Shown piece by piece: positions 37,370-46,055 of a stretch of DNA of 64,000 bases (positions are counted from its first letter, which is position 1; each line of letters opens with the position of its first letter). A program made the position numbers and the translations under genes. The notes beneath the pieces are model-generated. The model searched no databases and was not told where the DNA came from. It saw nothing but the letters and a program-made list of their open reading frames with translations. This DNA is from Candidatus Acetothermia bacterium (GTDB taxonomy: Bacteria > Bipolaricaulota > Bipolaricaulia > RBG-16-55-9 > DRXL01), in the NCBI GenBank assembly GCA_022683945.1, contig JAJHSH010000067.1, positions 2,085-66,084 on the forward strand, written 5' to 3'.

Positions 37370-37903
37370 TTAACAGATATGCTTGCGACGCGCATACTGC
37401 AATGCCAAAAGCACTGCCTGCCCGCCATGATAGGCCTCGTGCGTGATGACGTGGTGTAGCAGCCAGCGTAGAGTGTACGAGCGCTCACCGCGTCGTCCGA
37501 GGTGCTCTGGATCGGCCAACCTTTGAATCGTGCGATGGGTCTCCTTGCGGATGCGGTCGTGCTGCTCATAGAACCAGGCCAGGGGATGCCTCGGTGGCGT
37601 GGGCCAGCGAATCGCATACTGGTCTGTCTCATCGTCAAGAAGGATCTTCCGTTCTTCTGGTGAGAGGGGGCGGCCATCAGCAACCCCTTGGAGCCAGAAG
37701 GCCTCCACACTCGCGATATGCAAGATCACCGCACCGATGCTATGGCCTTGAGGGAAAGGCTGCCAGATGACGGCCTCATCGGGAACTTCTATCTCTCCCA
37801 GTTCTTCTCGCCACTCCTTCGTGCCATCATCAAGCATGGTCAACAACAGACCGACTTGCGGATCCAAACCGGCGACAGGCTTTACATCAAGTGTTATGCT
37901 CAT
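37370..37903 (-). CDS. DinB_2/DUF664-like protein (paralog 2)
   Basis: 177 aa; HHVITHEAYHGGQAVLL (H...H.GQ) motif. Confidence 0.65.
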   Translation of the reverse strand: MSITLDVKPVAGLDPQVGLLLTMLDDGTKEWREELGEIEVPDEAVIWQPFPQGHSIGAVILHIASVEAFWLQGVADGRPLSPEERKILLDDETDQYAIRWPTPPRHPLAWFYEQHDRIRKETHRTIQRLADPEHLGRRGERSYTLRWLLHHVITHEAYHGGQAVLLALQYARRKHIC

Positions 37904-38010
37904 CGTTTCACCCCCTTCAGATTAGGCCCATAGAGTTCGAGAAGATTGCCCCCCGAAGTTTCAGTTTCCCTGACCTCAACATTGCTATGCCTCACCCCTT
38001 TTACAGTTAG

Positions 38011-38592
38011 TCATTCGTATTTATATGCCGGCTCCCAGCCGTTAGCACCGTCTTTCAGCAGATCGAACAGGTGCCAAACGCTGCAATAAGGATCGCCTGG
38101 TCCCAAGGAATCTTTCCCAATGCGCACGATCTTACCGTCAGGAGTTCTCCGAAATGTGGAAACTCCGGGCATCCAAGAGCTTCTGCCACCGTCTACATGC
38201 TTAAACCCCATGTCTTCAATGAACGTAGATCCTTCGCCGGAGCACATCTTAAACTTCCAGGCCCGCTGCTGAGCGAACGCTCGTTGTGTTGCTGGCGCGT
38301 CCGGCGAGACGACTGCGAATGCCGCACGGTCCTCCAAATGGTGTACGACGCCGTTAAACCCGTCGGCCCACATCGTGCAATACACGCAACTCACGCCCAT
38401 ATTGTGAATGACGATGAGATCGTCGTGCTTGCCAAACAGCTCGCTCAGTCGGACGCTCTTCCCATCCTGGGATTTCAGTGTGTAGTCACGGACCGGTTCT
38501 CCGGCCAGTTGCTTCTTGAGCGCGATCAGGCGCTCGCGTTTTTCTCTGAGCTCTTGCTCCAGACGAGCGATTTCCTCTGCTTCTGACATCAT
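38011..38592 (-). CDS. DUF899 thioredoxin-like protein
   Basis: 193 aa, N-terminal coiled coil; SCVYC and the central pattern typical of DUF899. Confidence 0.6.
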   Translation of the reverse strand: MMSEAEEIARLEQELREKRERLIALKKQLAGEPVRDYTLKSQDGKSVRLSELFGKHDDLIVIHNMGVSCVYCTMWADGFNGVVHHLEDRAAFAVVSPDAPATQRAFAQQRAWKFKMCSGEGSTFIEDMGFKHVDGGRSSWMPGVSTFRRTPDGKIVRIGKDSLGPGDPYCSVWHLFDLLKDGANGWEPAYKYE

Positions 38593-38660
38593 GCGCTCCT
38601 TTCATCTATGGAGGCGTTTGGGGAGGGCGCAAGCCCTCCCCTTCGCCTCTACTTCATTGC

Positions 38661-39149
38661 TTACTGGGTTGTGCCCTCCTTGTAGGGGTTATAGCCCAGC
38701 AACCAGCGATACGTGATCAGTTGCCCCAAGTGGTAGTATTCGTGGCGTGCCACCCAACGGACGAGCTCTTCTGGCTCGACCGTCGGTTCTTTGAAGTACT
38801 GACGCCAGCTCTCCGGCACTGGAATAGGTCTTACCAGTTGTTCATCCGTGGCCGACTTTAGAAAGCTGACGGTCTCCGCGCGAATCTTTTCAAGCTCCTT
38901 CAAGGTTGCGCCAGCGTCGTTGCCACTCCAAGTAACCGCCTTCTCCCAGTCAGGTTTGGGATGACCGGCAGCCACTGTCATGCAGACCCTCTCCATAGTC
39001 CCAATCTCTTGGAGCAGATCCTTGGGTGATTTCATGTCTGGACGTGGATGCCAATCGAACTCCTCGGGCTTGAGCTTGCGCACTATATCGACCAGCTCTT
39101 GCCTAATATCTTCCAGCTCCCAAAGCAGCCTTTGGGACAGCTTTGCCAT
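38661..39149 (-). CDS. DinB-family protein (paralog 3)
   Basis: 162 aa; VARHEYYHLGQLITYRWLLGYNPY. Confidence 0.65.
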   Translation of the reverse strand: MAKLSQRLLWELEDIRQELVDIVRKLKPEEFDWHPRPDMKSPKDLLQEIGTMERVCMTVAAGHPKPDWEKAVTWSGNDAGATLKELEKIRAETVSFLKSATDEQLVRPIPVPESWRQYFKEPTVEPEELVRWVARHEYYHLGQLITYRWLLGYNPYKEGTTQ

Positions 39150-39179
39150 GATGAACGCCTCCTTTCTAATGATTCGCCC

Positions 39180-39548
39180 CTACTTACGTGCGCTCTGGAA
39201 GAGCCCAACGATATTGCCGTCCGGGTCCGTGAGATGGGCGTACCAACCCACGCTAGGGTCGATCTGCGTCTTTGGGTCAGCGACCCCGCCTCCCAACTCC
39301 TTGGCCTTCTTCAGATAAGGCTCGATCTCGTCAACTTGAACGTACACCAGCGGCGACCGGCCTGCACGTACTTCTTTCTGCTTCGCGAAGCCGCCGCCGA
39401 AGCCATCGGGACACTTAAAGAGTACGTAACTGTCTCCCCATGCTTCAAACGTCCACCCGAAGAGGCCACCATAAAAAGCTTGTGTCCGCTTGAGGTCCGT
39501 CGAGGCCCATTCGATGTGACAGATTCCGTGCTTTGCCATATATCTCAC
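39180..39548 (-). CDS. VOC-family (glyoxalase/bleomycin-resistance fold) protein
   Basis: 122 aa; HIEWASTDLKRTQAFYGGLFGW...HLTDPDGNIVGL. Confidence 0.8.
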   Translation of the reverse strand: MRYMAKHGICHIEWASTDLKRTQAFYGGLFGWTFEAWGDSYVLFKCPDGFGGGFAKQKEVRAGRSPLVYVQVDEIEPYLKKAKELGGGVADPKTQIDPSVGWYAHLTDPDGNIVGLFQSARK

Positions 39549-39567
39549 CCTCTTTTTATAAATTGCG

Positions 39568-40050
39568 TCACGACTGCTTGTATGGGTTATATCCCAGCAG
39601 CCAACGGTTATAGATCAACTGCCCCAAGTGATAATACTCGTGTCGGGCAACCCAACGTATCATCTCTTCGGGCTCCCGGCGCGGTCCTGTGTAGCGGTGC
39701 CAGCTCTCCGGCATCTCCACCGGCTTGTGCAGATCGTCATGTGAAAGCGAGTCAAGATAGCGAAGCGTCTCTTTTCGAATGCTTGCTAAATCTTTCAAGA
39801 TTGATTTGAGATTATCACCGCTCCACTTCACGGCCGTCTCCCATTTGAGTGGCGGTCCCCCAGCAATCACGTTGATACATACCTTCTCCGTTGCGCCGAT
39901 CTCCTGCAACAGCGCCTTGGCCGACCTCATCCCCGGTCTTGGTGGCCAGTCGAACTCCTCCGGCTTCATAGAACGAGATGTCTTTAGCAACTCTTCGCGA
40001 ATCTCTTTCAGCTCTTTGAGCAAGCGCGCCTTATGGGTATCTTTCATCAC
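39568..40050 (-). CDS. DinB-family protein (paralog 4; close tandem paralog of 38661-39149)
   Basis: 160 aa; colinear with paralog 3 (EEFDW.PRP.M.S.K.LLQEIG..E.VC..V.AG.P...WE.AV.WSG......LK.L..IR.ET...L.S.....L..P...PESW..Y..P..EPEE..RWVARHEYYHLGQLI..RWLLGYNPYK). Confidence 0.65.
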   Translation of the reverse strand: MMKDTHKARLLKELKEIREELLKTSRSMKPEEFDWPPRPGMRSAKALLQEIGATEKVCINVIAGGPPLKWETAVKWSGDNLKSILKDLASIRKETLRYLDSLSHDDLHKPVEMPESWHRYTGPRREPEEMIRWVARHEYYHLGQLIYNRWLLGYNPYKQS

Positions 40051-40192
40051 GAGATCTCCTTGCTATAATCAAACAATAAAAATATATTGGGAATGGGGGG
40101 AGGGCATCGGCGATTGAGAAGAAGCGGCTTACTCCCTCCTTTCGACAGACGATGCCCTCTCCCTTCTCTTACTTTTGTAAGGGCACGGTATA

Positions 40193-41329
40193 CTACGCAC
40201 CGTTCGACGACTCCGGCGCCGCTGCCAGCAGCGTAGCCGCAGACTTGCGCGTCCCGCGTCGCGCGGGTCTTTCTGGTTCGGTCGAAAGACTGCTCTCTTC
40301 TTCTGCAGAAGCAGCTTGCTCTGGCTGTCCATTGGTGGACGGGAGAGCCAGACCGGCCTTCTCGCGAATCGCGCGCTCCAACTGCTGGGCCACTTCTTTG
40401 TTCGCCTCCAAGAACGCAGCAGCATTCGCGATCCCTTGGCCCAAGCGCGTCTCACCCAAATTGAACCACGAGCCGCTCTTCTTCACCAAGCCCAACTGCT
40501 CCCCGGTCTTGATGAGTTCGCGCTCGTAAACGATGCCCTTGCCGTAGATAATATCGAACTTCGCTTCTTTAAACGGTGGCGCGAGCTTGTTCTTGACAAC
40601 TTTTACAACCGTCTCGCTGCCCACGCGGTTGTCGCCCTCTTCGATGCTCCCCAAGCGCTTGATCTCCATGCGCACGGACGAGTAGAACTTCAGCGCCAAG
40701 CCCCCCGTCGTCGTCGTCGTCGGCCCCCAACCCGTCCCGGAGATCGTCTGGCGAATCTGATTGATAAAGACGACCGTTGTTTTAGATTGTGAGATCGCCG
40801 CGGCCAGCTTGCGCATCGCTTGGCTCATTAAGCGGGCTTGCAGCCCCACTTGGGCATCGCCCATCGCCCCGGCAATTTCAGCTTCGGGGACGAGCGCCGC
40901 GACCGAATCTACGACGATAATATCTACAGCCCCGCTGCGCACGAGCGTCTCCATGATCTCCAGCGCTTGCTCTCCAGAATTGGGCTGCGAGAGCAAGATC
41001 TTATCGAGATCTACGCCGATGACACGGGCATAGCTGGGATCGAGCGCGTGTTCAGCATCAATGAAAGAAACGACGCCGCCGCGCTTCTGCGCTTGCGCCA
41101 ATATATGAAGCGCCAAGGTCGTCTTGCCCGAAGACTCCGGCCCGAAGATTTCGACAATCCTGCCGCGCGGCACGCCCCCAATTCCTAACGCCACATCGAG
41201 CGCCAGCGAGCCTGTAGGAATCGTCTCCACCGGGAGCTTGCTCTGCTCCCCCAGCCACATAATCGCGCCCTCGCCGTACTTGCGGCGCAGCCCGTCCAAT
41301 ACACTATTGAGCACTTCTTGCTTGCCCAT
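40193..41329 (-). CDS. recA: Recombinase RecA
   Basis: Start at Met 42 of the ORF-track call ([36 protein letters not shown]). Walker [10 protein letters not shown] and full-length RecA similarity; long acidic/Ser-rich C-terminal tail. Confidence 0.95.
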   Translation of the reverse strand: MGKQEVLNSVLDGLRRKYGEGAIMWLGEQSKLPVETIPTGSLALDVALGIGGVPRGRIVEIFGPESSGKTTLALHILAQAQKRGGVVSFIDAEHALDPSYARVIGVDLDKILLSQPNSGEQALEIMETLVRSGAVDIIVVDSVAALVPEAEIAGAMGDAQVGLQARLMSQAMRKLAAAISQSKTTVVFINQIRQTISGTGWGPTTTTTGGLALKFYSSVRMEIKRLGSIEEGDNRVGSETVVKVVKNKLAPPFKEAKFDIIYGKGIVYERELIKTGEQLGLVKKSGSWFNLGETRLGQGIANAAAFLEANKEVAQQLERAIREKAGLALPSTNGQPEQAASAEEESSLSTEPERPARRGTRKSAATLLAAAPESSNGA

Positions 41330-41975
41330 CGGTCTCCCTCCTATGGAGAATCTCTTGTAGATTATGTAACGAGTGTTTGACTCGTCGCACGACGCCGACC
41401 ACCCGACCGACGATCTGGCCCTCGCCCAGCGGCATAGACCTGTAGCGCGCATTCGCCGGGACGAGCCAAGGCTGGTTCTCTTTCATCATAAAGAACTTCA
41501 CCGTCGCTTCGTTCTCTTTAATCGCGACGACGATCTCGCCCGGCTGCACCATAGATTGTGGCTGTACGATCACCAGATCACCGTTGAGAATGCCAGCTTC
41601 GATCATGCTATCGCCCTGAACTCGCAGAGCAAAAGGACGTTCATCCCGCCCAAACCAGACATCCAAGTTAAGCACCTCTTGGACGTCTTCTACCGCGGGG
41701 ATCGGACGCCCCGCGGCGATCTGCCCGACGACGGGAATCCCGCGCTCACGCCGACGAGCTTGCCCAATCACTTCGATCCCGCGCGATTTTCCTATCAAGC
41801 GCCGGATAGCCCCCTTGCGCTCTAGCGCTTCCAGATGCGTCTGGACGCTCCGCACCGAGCGCATCCCAAAATGCTGGGCGATCTCCCTCAATGTGGGCGG
41901 CATCCCCTGATCCGAGATGCACTCAACGATAAAATCCAGAATCCGTCTCTGCTTCTCCGTCAATTCGCTCCTCAT
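41304..41975 (-). CDS. lexA: LexA repressor
   Basis: N-terminal wHTH ([53 protein letters not shown]) and S24 peptidase domain with GDSM. 3' end overlaps the recA start by 26 nt. ATG at 41975 (alternative 41984). Confidence 0.9.
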   Translation of the reverse strand: MRSELTEKQRRILDFIVECISDQGMPPTLREIAQHFGMRSVRSVQTHLEALERKGAIRRLIGKSRGIEVIGQARRRERGIPVVGQIAAGRPIPAVEDVQEVLNLDVWFGRDERPFALRVQGDSMIEAGILNGDLVIVQPQSMVQPGEIVVAIKENEATVKFFMMKENQPWLVPANARYRSMPLGEGQIVGRVVGVVRRVKHSLHNLQEILHRRETDGQARSAQ

Positions 41976-41985
41976 AACACTCATA

Positions 41986-42014
41986 AGTATAGCATACAAA
42001 TATACGGTTGTCAA
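41986..42014 (-). promoter_or_regulatory. lexA promoter TTGACA-N17-TATACT (minus strand) with overlapping imperfect palindrome GTATATTTGTATGCTATAC
   Basis: -35 TTGACA = reverse complement of 42009-42014; -10 TATACT = reverse complement of 41986-41991. The ATG at 41975 lies about 3-4 nt after the predicted TSS (near-leaderless). Confidence 0.45.
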
Positions 42015-42054
42015 GAGGGGGGTACGCGCCAGCTTGAATCTCAGGCGCTCTTCC

Positions 42055-42180
42055 CCAAAAACCGCGCGATCTGTCTGTCAGGGAGACGCTCGCCTATCAC
42101 TTCAAGCGTGTCGAGCACCCGATGGGGTGACTCATAGAACACAACGGTACAAGACTCTCTAGCTATCTGTTGAAAGAACT
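42055..42180 (-). pseudogene. rsmI internal fragment (diverged duplicate of 43376-43500)
   Basis: About 85 nt nearly identical to the intact rsmI (GCGCGATCTGTCTGTCAGGGAGACGCTCGC[C/T]TATCACTTCAAGCGTGTCGAGCACCCGATGGGG...), with weaker similarity continuing for about 60 nt. Confidence 0.55.
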
Positions 42181-42185
42181 CGCGC

Positions 42186-42413
42186 TTGGCTTTGGGCTGC
42201 ATTCAGCGTTTAGTCCAAGACTTAAACTTTCCCGTCAAAATTATCGCCGCACCGACGGTGCGCGATCCCGACGGCTTAGCTATGAGCAGCCGCAATGTTT
42301 ATCTAACCCCAGAACACGGTACTCTATCGGTCTTTGCAGGGTGTAAAAGCTTTGATAGGATTGGGCAGATACTGAGAACCGAGTACAGGAGATTCCAGCG
42401 ATTGATTGAGTGA
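42186..42413 (+). pseudogene. panC 3' fragment (pantoate--beta-alanine ligase C-terminal region)
   Basis: Translation ...[29 protein letters not shown]... matches the PanC C-terminal motif (VREADGLALSSRNVYL). Only 75 codons, no N-terminal domain. Confidence 0.55.
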
Positions 42414-42430
42414 ATTCTTGCTGCGGCGGT

Positions 42431-42688
42431 TCAGTAAGCCTTGGAACGAGGCTTGATCCGGTAGACTCGCACTTCATGCGCTTGGTCATTCACAGCATAC
42501 AGAATCCGCCAACCGCCTACTCGCAAGCGATACCTGGGTGGGTGGATGTCTCGCAGCTTGCGTACCCCAGGTGGGCGAGGATTTTGCTCTAAACTCAACA
42601 AGCGTTCCTGCATCCGCTGTGCCACCGTTGGATCGAGTCTGCGGAAGTCCTTCTGGGCAGATATTTCTAAGAGAACGCGATAGCTCAT
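42431..42688 (-). CDS. RelE/ParE-family toxin
   Basis: 85 aa; ...RKLRDIHPPRYRLRVGGWRILYAVNDQAHEVRVYRIKPR typical RelE/ParE C-terminus. Confidence 0.75.
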   Translation of the reverse strand: MSYRVLLEISAQKDFRRLDPTVAQRMQERLLSLEQNPRPPGVRKLRDIHPPRYRLRVGGWRILYAVNDQAHEVRVYRIKPRSKAY

Positions 42689-42879
42689 TCTGTTGTCGAA
42701 GGGCTCCTGTCTTTCAACCGACGCAGGAACTCGCGCAGCTCAATAGCTTGTTTCGGATCGGATTCTGCGATGGCCTCTTCCAGATCCAGCGCATCTTCGA
42801 GGTCTTCGAGCAGCGTGCGTACCGCATCTTCCGGCAGCTGATCAATGAGGTGCTTGGCTTCTTCTTTGAGGGCACTCAT
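42685..42879 (-). CDS. Putative antitoxin / addiction-module component
   Basis: 64 aa acidic helical protein immediately upstream of, and overlapping, the RelE/ParE gene (4-nt overlap). Confidence 0.5.
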   Translation of the reverse strand: MSALKEEAKHLIDQLPEDAVRTLLEDLEDALDLEEAIAESDPKQAIELREFLRRLKDRSPSTTE

Positions 42880-43062
42880 GGGTCAACTCCTTTCCGTTGA
42901 AGAAGCTTAACGAATGAAGGAAGTGATGTCAAAGTGCGCCGCGCAAGGGCTGATCGTGCTGGTGGTCTGCTCGCATTACACAATTAACCCCGGCTAGAAG
43001 CACCTCTCGGCGATAGGAGCTTTGAAACGCAAAAAACGCAGCCAGATTTCGTGGCCCAGTAA

Positions 43063-43962
43063 TTATTGCAGAAATCTTACGCGCGCGTTCTTTCCAACAA
43101 CTTTCTCATAGACTTCCCGCTTAGGAACCCTTCTCAGTTGGGCGACCCGCTTGATCGCTTCTTTCTTCTCTAGTCCTCCAGCGACGAGCTTCTGCACATG
43201 CTCCACAACTGAAAGCTCTAAGTCTTTGCTGGCTTCTTCACTCTCTTCTTGAACTGACGCGCTGGAGAGCACCAAGGTGATCTCCCCTTTGATCGCCGGG
43301 CGCGATTTCAGCTGCTCCAAAATCTCGCTGGGCTTGCCCCGCAGAATCTCCTCGTGCATCTTCGTCAATTCGCGACAGAGCGCGATCTGTCTGTCAGGGA
43401 GACGCTCGCTTATCACTTCAAGCGTGTCGAGCACCCGATGGGGCGACTCATACAGAACGATAGTGCGTCTCTCGTTTTGCAATCGCTCGAAGAGTGCACG
43501 CTTGGCTTTGAGTTTCTTCGGTGGGACACCCTCGAAGAGAAAGCTGTCGGTGGAGAACCCCGATGCGACCAATGCTGTGATGAGGGCCGTCGGCCCCGGA
43601 ATGGGAACAACCGAGATATTTTCAGCGATTGCTCGTCGAACTAACTCGTACCCTGGATCGGAGATGAGCGGCGTCCCTGCGTCGGAGATGAGCGCGATCT
43701 TCGCCCCGGATTTGAGCTTCTGCACAAAATACTCGACGCGCTCGCGCTCCACCCCGCGATACAAGCTACGCTCGAAGGACTTCTCGATTCCGTAGTGCTG
43801 CAAGAGCTTCCGTGAATGTCGGGTGTCTTCAGCGATGATCAGATCGCACTCTTTGAGAACTCGCAGCGCCCGCAGCGTGATGTCTTCTAAGTTCCCGATG
43901 GGCGTGGCGACGATGAATAATGCGCCGGAAGACCTCTCTCCCAGCCCCTCCCCAACCCTCAC
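43063..43962 (-). CDS. rsmI: 16S rRNA (cytidine1402-2'-O)-methyltransferase RsmI
   Basis: GALFIVATPIGNLEDITLRALRVLKECDLIIAEDTRHSRKLL and the rest of the tetrapyrrole-methylase fold. Proposed GTG start at 43962 (codon 77 of the ORF-track call; GGGAGAGGG upstream); the longer call runs through GC-rich hairpin repeats and overlaps prfB. Confidence 0.7.
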   Translation of the reverse strand: MRVGEGLGERSSGALFIVATPIGNLEDITLRALRVLKECDLIIAEDTRHSRKLLQHYGIEKSFERSLYRGVERERVEYFVQKLKSGAKIALISDAGTPLISDPGYELVRRAIAENISVVPIPGPTALITALVASGFSTDSFLFEGVPPKKLKAKRALFERLQNERRTIVLYESPHRVLDTLEVISERLPDRQIALCRELTKMHEEILRGKPSEILEQLKSRPAIKGEITLVLSSASVQEESEEASKDLELSVVEHVQKLVAGGLEKKEAIKRVAQLRRVPKREVYEKVVGKNARVRFLQ

Positions 43963-44029
43963 CCCGTCCCTCTCCCTTGAAGGGAGAGGGTGCAGGGTGA
44001 GGGTCCCCCTTCCCGCGTTGGGAAGGGGG
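43955..44029. repeat. GC-rich nested hairpin repeat element (ACCCTCACCCC-G-TCCCTCTCCC / GGGAGAGGG-TGCA-GGGTGAGGGT, then CCCCCTTCCC-GCGTT-GGGAAGGGGG)
   Basis: Perfect or near-perfect inverted repeats read directly. Related copies at 18821-18844, 29518-29537, 38620-38641, 40096-40163 and 52087-52108. Confidence 0.7.
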
Positions 44030-44112
44030 CTTCGGGGGTTAGGTCTTGCATTTCTCACACAACAATCATAGAATACTGTCAGTAGATTGTGCAAACAAGG
44101 AGGAAGATAGCC

Positions 44113-45184
44113 GTGCTCCAAGAACTTCGCGACCGCCTTACGCAGATCGCTGATCGCCTTTGACTTGTCGGCTCTAGAAGCCGAACTCAAAACGCTGGAA
44201 GATCAGATGGCCGTTCCCGGTTTTTGGCAGGAGAGAGAGCGAGCGAAGCTCCTCTCCCAGCAAGTCGAGCAGAAGCGCCGAATTCTTCAGAAATATCAAG
44301 CGCTTGAGACCCAGCTCGACGACTTAGAAGTCTTAGAGGAGTTGGGCAAGGCCGAGGGCGACCCCTCCGTCGAGCGCGAGGTTCAGCTTGGCGCTCAGGA
44401 GTTCGGAAAGCGTTTAGAGATACTCGAACTTGAAGCCTTTCTCAATGAGCCCTACGACGAGAACGATTGTTATCTCAGCATCAACGCCGGCGCTGGGGGC
44501 ACCGACGCACAAGACTGGGCCGAGATGCTCCTGAGAATGTATTTGCGCTACCTCGAAAGACGGCGTTGGCGAGCAAGTTTGATCGAAGTCAGCCCCGGCG
44601 AAGTCGCTGGAATTAAGAGCGCCACGGTCGAAATCTCTGGGCCGTATGCGTATGGCTATCTGAAGGCCGAGCGCGGCGTCCATCGGTTGGTGCGAATCTC
44701 GCCGTTTGACGCGAACGCCCGGCGGCACACGTCGTTTGCCGCCGTTACGGCAGTTCCCAAGGTCGAAGAGGCCGACGTCGAGATCCGCCCGGAAGATTTG
44801 CGCATTGACACCTATCGCGCCGGAGGAGCGGGCGGCCAACACGTCAATAAGACAGATTCTGCTGTGAGAATCACGCACCTGCCCACGGGGATCGTCGTGG
44901 CGTGTCAAAAAGAGAGAAGTCAGCACCAGAACAAAGCCATCGCGATGGAGATTCTCACGGCGCGTTTATATGAACTGAATCTTCGAGAGAAAGAAAAAGA
45001 GTTAGCAAAAGTGCGCGGGGAGCTGCGCGCGATTGAGTGGGGCAGCCAGATTCGGTCGTATGTCTTGCAGCCCTATCAGTTGGTGAAAGACCATCGCACG
45101 GAGATCGAAGTCGGGAACGTACAGGCTGTCTTGGACGGCGAGCTGGATACTTTTATTGAGGGGTATCTGAGACGGAAGCGATAA
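44113..45184 (+). CDS. prfB: Peptide chain release factor 2, with programmed +1 ribosomal frameshift
   Basis: Frame-0 leader GTG(44113)...CGC CTT TGA C with in-frame TGA at 44161-44163. Shifting +1 at CTT (44158-44160) joins to DLSALEAELK... (ORF-track 44165). SPF (RISPFD) and GGQ (GAGGQHVN) motifs present. AAGGAGG upstream of the GTG. Confidence 0.85.
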
Positions 45185-45186
45185 AT

Positions 45187-45984
45187 TTGATTTTCGCCCT
45201 GCTCTTTTTCGCGGCCATCGTTATCGGCTGGGTGGCGAGCATGGTCGGGGTCGGCGGTGGGATCTTCATGGTCCCGCTCTTGGTTTTTCTGAACTCGGTC
45301 GGCACGACCCAAGAAGCTGTGGGCACGAGCTTGGCGGCGATTGTCTTTAACTCGATCTCCAGCACGATCGCATATTCTCGGCAGAAGAAGATAGACTATA
45401 AATTTGCTCTGGCTCTACTGCCGATGGCGCTCGTAGGAGCATGGCTGGGGGCGTTTCTCACGGAATTTGTCTCCAGCGATGCGCTGGCCATCGCATTTGG
45501 AGTTCTCTTGCTCTACGTCTCCGGGTTGATGCTCGCGGGGAAAGAACCGAAAGAACTGGGCCTGCTCTTGCGGCGCGGCTTGGATGCGCAGGGTAATCCT
45601 AGCCCGCTCTTAGGAGCCGTCGTTGGACTGATCGCCGGAGTAGCAGCGGGGTTCTTCGGGATCGGCGGTGGAATCGTCATGGTCCCAGCGATGAATATCT
45701 TCTTGGGAGTAGACATTGTGAGCGCCGTGGCGACGAGTCTCTTCGTCATGGGGCCGTCGTCGCTCATCGCTGCGATCACGCACTTCTTTCAGGGCAATCT
45801 GCACATAGATTTAGCCATCCCCCTAGCGCTGGGGATCATCATCGGGGCACAGCTTGGGGCGTGGAGCACCACGAAAGTCTCCAAAGTCTTTCTGAGAAGA
45901 CTTTTCGGTGTCGTGCTGCTCTACTCAGCGATCCATATGATCTGGAAGGGCGTCCAGGGTCTACACTTGCCCGGCTTGGGCTAG
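45187..45984 (+). CDS. TauE/SafE-family (DUF81) sulfite/anion exporter
   Basis: 265 aa, two repeated 4-TM halves with VGVGGGIFMVPLL and FFGIGGGIVMVPAM. TTG start as called. Confidence 0.8.
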   Translation: MIFALLFFAAIVIGWVASMVGVGGGIFMVPLLVFLNSVGTTQEAVGTSLAAIVFNSISSTIAYSRQKKIDYKFALALLPMALVGAWLGAFLTEFVSSDALAIAFGVLLLYVSGLMLAGKEPKELGLLLRRGLDAQGNPSPLLGAVVGLIAGVAAGFFGIGGGIVMVPAMNIFLGVDIVSAVATSLFVMGPSSLIAAITHFFQGNLHIDLAIPLALGIIIGAQLGAWSTTKVSKVFLRRLFGVVLLYSAIHMIWKGVQGLHLPGLG

Positions 45985-46055
45985 AGAGCTAAACTAGGAT
46001 GTGCGAGCCGAGATGGAGCGGATTGAAGACCTCATGGCAGATTAGAGAGGCGAAG

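Noticed and set aside
36292-40050. Possible integron cassette array (co-oriented small genes: DinB, VOC, TA, GNAT)
   Set aside because: Intergenic spacers are mostly 10-30 nt with no attC-like R''/L''...L'/R' structure or GTTRRRY cores. No intI or attI is in the window. The genes look like paralog expansion rather than cassettes.
41330-41452. N-terminal 41 codons of the recA ORF call
   Set aside because: This region is the 3' end of lexA in another frame. RecA homology and an RBS begin at 41329.
42880-43062. 183-nt intergenic region checked for riboswitch or ncRNA
   Set aside because: No recognisable conserved riboswitch cores or strong structure that I could identify by eye.
43963-44190. 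N-terminal 76 codons of the rsmI ORF call
   Set aside because: Composed of translated GC-rich hairpin repeats and overlaps the prfB 5' end. RsmI homology starts at 43962.
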